A DNA stretch of 18,797 nt from a bacterium UBP1_UBA4771 (lineage in GTDB: Bacteria > Krumholzibacteriota > Krumholzibacteriia > Krumholzibacteriales > Krumholzibacteriaceae): assembly GCA_002403295.1 (NCBI GenBank), contig DHHN01000209.1, forward strand, positions 10,489 to 29,285, in the 5' to 3' direction. Every line of letters starts with the position of its first letter. Position 1 is the first letter of the stretch. A program made the translations under genes and the position numbers. Shown one piece after another: positions 15,859 through 18,797 of the stretch. The notes beneath the pieces were generated by a model, which did no database searches, had not been told where the DNA came from, and saw only the letters and a list, made by a program, of their open reading frames with translations.

Positions 15859-17828
15859 GAATCGCGCACCTCAAGGTTCTGCTCGCGGGCGTCGCGTTGC
15901 TCGCGATCGACGGCGGCGCTTTTCCGGCGGGGACGGCCGGCGCCTCGCCGCGCGAGCGAAGCGTCATCATTCTCGGAATCGACGGAATGGATCCCATTCT
16001 GCTCGAACGTTTCATCGAAAAGGGACGCATGCCGGTTTTCGAAAAGCTCGTGCGGGAGCAATCGTATTCGCTTCTCGAGACCTCCATCCCTCCCCAGAGC
16101 CCCGTCGCGTGGTCGAACTTCATCACCGGCATGGATCCCGGCGGGCACGGCATCTTCGACTACATCGGGAGGGATCTCGAGACGTACCGGCCCTCCTTCT
16201 CGCTCACGCACGTCGACGAGCCGGGACGCGTGCTGCGCGTCGGCGGCTGGGTGATTCCCGTCTCCGCCGGCAAGGCGACTCTTCTCAGGCGGGGGAAGGC
16301 CTTCTGGCAGATACTCGACGAGCACGGCGTGCCATACACGATATCGAGAGTGCCGTCCAACTTTCCGCCCGTGCCGTGCAAGGGCCGGACGCTCTCGGGC
16401 CTCGGAACGCCCGATCTCGCGGGAAGCTATGGAACGTTTTCGTATTTCACGAACGATCCCGCCTTCGCCGGCCTCGAGGTGAGCGGCGGCTCGATATATC
16501 CCGTCGCCGTCGAGAACGGCGCGGTCTCCGCCGTTCTCATCGGTCCGCCGAACACGCTGAGAACGAGCGCCCCCCTTCTCGAAGCGCCCTTCATCGTGCA
16601 TGCCGACGCCGCGCGCGGCGCCGCGAAGATCGTCGTGGGAAAGACGGAGATGATCCTCGCGGTCGGTGAATGGAGTCCGTGGACGGAGGTCTCGTTCGAC
16701 CTCATCGGCCCGCTCCACACGCTCAAGGGCATCTGCCGTTTCTATCTGAAATCGATCGATCCGCACTTCGGCCTCTACGTGACGCCGCTCAACATCCACC
16801 CCGCGCATCCCGCGCTCCCGATCTCCACGCCATCGAGGTACGCGGCCGAGCTCTCCCGCGCGATCGGACACTTCTACACGCAGGGAAACCCCGAGGACAC
16901 GAAGGCGCTCGAGTGGGGCGTCTTCGACGACGCGGAGTTCATCCATCAGGCGAGACTCGTTCTCGGCGAGCAGCGGCGGATGCTCGACGCGGCCCTCGAC
17001 GAGCATGACGGCGGCTTGCTCTTCTTTTACGTTTCGACGCTCGATCTCTGCCAGCACATGCTGTGGAGAAACATGGACCCCGCCCACCCCGCTCATTTCG
17101 AAGAGGCCGCGGCGCACAAGGACGAAATCGAAAACCTCTACGTCGAAATGGACCGCCTCGTCGCGCACGTGCTCGAGCGGATCCCGCCCGATGCCGCGTT
17201 CATCATCATGTCGGACCACGGCTTTTCTCCTTACTACCGGAAATTCAACCTCAACACGTGGCTCCTCGAGAACGGCTATCTCGAGCTCGTCGATCCGGCC
17301 GCGATGGAGCGCTCGCGGCTCTTCGAAAACGTCCACTGGAGAAAAACGAAGGCGTACGGCGTGGGCTTCAACGGACTCTACGTGAACCTTCGCGGACGCG
17401 AGGGCAAGGGGATCGTGCGCGCGGGCGCCGAATGCGAAGAGCTGCTCCGCGAAATCGGCGACAAGCTCCTCGCCGCGAAGGATCCCGAAACGGGGGCCTC
17501 GCCGATTCGGAGCGTGTATCGCGCGAGCGAGATCTATCACGGCGCGGAAGCGCGGAACGCCCCCGACCTCGTCATCGGATACCGGCGGGGGTATCGCTGC
17601 AGCGATCAATCGGTGCTCGGAGATTTCACGCGGGACGTCTTCGGTTGGAACATGGACAAATGGAGCGGCGATCACTGCATGGCCGCGGAGGAGGTTCCCG
17701 GCATCCTCATCGCGAACAGGAAACTGCGCGTGAGCGATCCGCGGCTCGGCGATTTCGCGGCCACGATCCTCTCGCTCTTCGGCATCGACGGCTCGAAGGC
17801 GCCGGCATCGAGCCGCTCGATCTTCTAA
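15855..17828 (+). CDS. Alkaline phosphatase superfamily protein, PPase/PDE-like (paralog E, 657 aa) with a predicted Sec signal peptide
   Basis: GTG start at 15855, in a GTGA overlap with the gene D stop. GGGAGGG lies 7 nt upstream. The N-terminus MRIAHLKVLLAGVALLAIDGGAFPAGTAGA-SP is signal-like. Motifs are VIILGIDGM, SPVAWSNFITG..GHGIF, MSDHGF and WSGDHC. It is closest in sequence to paralog D. Confidence 0.85.
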   Translation: MRIAHLKVLLAGVALLAIDGGAFPAGTAGASPRERSVIILGIDGMDPILLERFIEKGRMPVFEKLVREQSYSLLETSIPPQSPVAWSNFITGMDPGGHGIFDYIGRDLETYRPSFSLTHVDEPGRVLRVGGWVIPVSAGKATLLRRGKAFWQILDEHGVPYTISRVPSNFPPVPCKGRTLSGLGTPDLAGSYGTFSYFTNDPAFAGLEVSGGSIYPVAVENGAVSAVLIGPPNTLRTSAPLLEAPFIVHADAARGAAKIVVGKTEMILAVGEWSPWTEVSFDLIGPLHTLKGICRFYLKSIDPHFGLYVTPLNIHPAHPALPISTPSRYAAELSRAIGHFYTQGNPEDTKALEWGVFDDAEFIHQARLVLGEQRRMLDAALDEHDGGLLFFYVSTLDLCQHMLWRNMDPAHPAHFEEAAAHKDEIENLYVEMDRLVAHVLERIPPDAAFIIMSDHGFSPYYRKFNLNTWLLENGYLELVDPAAMERSRLFENVHWRKTKAYGVGFNGLYVNLRGREGKGIVRAGAECEELLREIGDKLLAAKDPETGASPIRSVYRASEIYHGAEARNAPDLVIGYRRGYRCSDQSVLGDFTRDVFGWNMDKWSGDHCMAAEEVPGILIANRKLRVSDPRLGDFAATILSLFGIDGSKAPASSRSIF

Positions 17829-17851
17829 CCGGCGGAAAGGGGCGGGGTCAG

Positions 17852-18046
17852 ATGTTCGACCCGAAGGTCAAGATAGACAAGGAGCTCTACGCGAAGCTCA
17901 AGAGAGCGGCCGAGGTCGCGGGCTATTCGTCGGTCGATGAGTTCATTATCCACGTTCTCGAGAGAGAAGTGTCGAAGCTCGGCGGCGACGAGGCGACCGA
18001 CGAAGAGATACGAAAGAAACTCGAGGGGCTGGGGTATATCTCCTGA
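17852..18046 (+). CDS. Small (64 aa) ribbon-helix-helix (CopG/Arc/MetJ-like) putative DNA-binding protein with an acidic C-terminal tail ending ..KKLEGLGYIS
   Basis: ATG 17852 lies 23 nt after the gene E stop. KVKIDKELYAKLKRAAEVAGYSSVDEFIIHVLEREV fits the RHH beta-alpha-alpha pattern. GC3 bias is coding-like. It sits inside the longer listed frame 17063-18046. Confidence 0.6.
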   Translation: MFDPKVKIDKELYAKLKRAAEVAGYSSVDEFIIHVLEREVSKLGGDEATDEEIRKKLEGLGYIS

Positions 18047-18057
18047 TTCGTGAGATT

Positions 18058-18797
18058 ATGGAACTCATTTCGAAGATCATAACGGCCGTGCTCGACGCGC
18101 TGCTCATCCCGTTCGGCGAGGGACGTCATGCGCTCGGCCTCGCGTGGCTCTCGCTTCTCACGGGCGTGGGCATGGCGCTCGTCTTCAAGCTCACGTCCGA
18201 CACAAGAAAGATCAAACAGGCCAAGGATCTCGGCAAGTCGTTCATCCTCGAGATGCGGATCTATCGCGACGACGCGGGAACGATCTTCGCCTCGTTTTTC
18301 CGCTCGCTCCGGGCGAATCTCGTCTACCTGCGCCACATGCTGCCGCCGTTCCTCGCGATCGTCGTTCCCGCCGCCCTCATTTTCATGCAGCTCGACGAGC
18401 GGTACGGCCGAAGCCACCTTCCCGCCGGTTCGACGACCGTTCTCTCCGTCTTTCTCGCGGAGGGCGCGGGGGCGCTCGCGGAGCGCTCTTCCGTCGCCTG
18501 CGGCCCGGGAGTCGCCGTGGAGGCCGGTCCGGTATGGATCAGCGGGACGCGCGAGCTCGCCTGGCGTCTCAGGATCGACGCTCCCGGCACGCACGATGTC
18601 GCGATCTCGATCGATGGAAGCGAGTATGTCGTGCCGCTCGTCGCCGAGACGGCGCACCGGATGATCGGTCACGCGCGAAGCTCGTCCGTCATCGAATCGC
18701 TTCTTCATCCCGGCCTTCCGCCCATCCCCGACGGCTCGCCCATCGAGACCGTGCGGCTTCGCTATCCCGGGGCCCGCTATCCGCTCCTCTTCTGGCG
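18058..18797 (+). CDS. Hypothetical membrane protein with at least 2 TM segments; 3' end lies beyond the window
   Basis: The frame is open from ATG 18058 to the window end, with strong GC3 bias. It is not in the supplied track because no stop occurs in the window. Hydrophobic segments are ALGLAWLSLLTGVGMALVF and MLPPFLAIVVPAALIFM. The listed antisense ORF 17923-18708 is therefore probably spurious. Confidence 0.55.
   Translation, partial: MELISKIITAVLDALLIPFGEGRHALGLAWLSLLTGVGMALVFKLTSDTRKIKQAKDLGKSFILEMRIYRDDAGTIFASFFRSLRANLVYLRHMLPPFLAIVVPAALIFMQLDERYGRSHLPAGSTTVLSVFLAEGAGALAERSSVACGPGVAVEAGPVWISGTRELAWRLRIDAPGTHDVAISIDGSEYVVPLVAETAHRMIGHARSSSVIESLLHPGLPPIPDGSPIETVRLRYPGARYPLLFW

Noticed and set aside
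9193-17675. Several long minus-strand ORFs (9193-10404, 14158-15708, 15705-17675 and others) antisense to the sat / AP-like genes
   Set aside because: They are high-GC antisense artifacts. The sense-strand genes show strong homology motifs and GC3 bias; these do not.
17923-18708. 261-aa minus-strand ORF
   Set aside because: It is antisense to a better-supported plus-strand membrane-protein frame (18058 onward) that has GC3 bias and hydrophobic helices.
1-18797. Mobile elements, integrases, tRNA/rRNA genes, phoU, phoBR
   Set aside because: I found no recognisable motifs for any of these in any frame. Their absence is noted and not over-interpreted.

Overview
The window is GC-rich with strong GC3 bias, so every frame contains long spurious antisense ORFs. 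I read it as three blocks.

Block 1 (1-2864):
- 1-498 (+) is the 3' part of a DUF2867-type protein gene that enters from upstream.
- 551-2864 (-) is a convergent nfnA-nfnB pair: NADH-dependent reduced ferredoxin:NADP oxidoreductase / sulfide dehydrogenase / GltD-like, the anaerobe type.

Block 2 (3115-6607, minus strand): a complete phosphate ABC transporter operon in the order pstS (lipoprotein)-pstC-pstA-pstB. pstA and pstB have an ATGA stop/start overlap. No phoU follows.

Block 3 (6831 to the window end, plus strand): a tightly packed, apparently single operon that diverges from pstS across a short intergenic region. That region carries a 2 x 27-bp (4 x 11-bp) direct-repeat array and a consensus extended -10 (TGgTATAAT). 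The operon contains five paralogous alkaline-phosphatase-superfamily genes (type I phosphodiesterase / nucleotide pyrophosphatase-like, COG1524-like). Interleaved with them are the two PAPS-synthesis genes sat (ATP sulfurylase) and cysC (APS kinase). It ends with a 64-aa ribbon-helix-helix-like protein and a membrane protein that runs off the window.

The five paralogs fall into three architectural classes:
- A: membrane anchor + SPFH-like + catalytic domain + TPR.
- B and C: cytosolic.
- D: two-helix membrane hairpin followed by a polybasic stretch. E: Sec-type signal peptide.

A short peptide motif, phi-[RK]-x-[RK]-L-[EK]-x-LGYI, occurs three times. It forms the extreme C-terminal tail of CysC, the C-terminal tail of the small RHH-like protein, and sits immediately before the TPR domain of protein A.

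I interpret this as a candidate Pho-linked, membrane-associated system that couples sulfate activation to a family of AP-superfamily phospho/sulfo-transfer or hydrolase enzymes. It may be held together by TPR-tail docking. This is inference from gene content and architecture only. I found no CRISPR, rRNA, tRNA or mobile elements.
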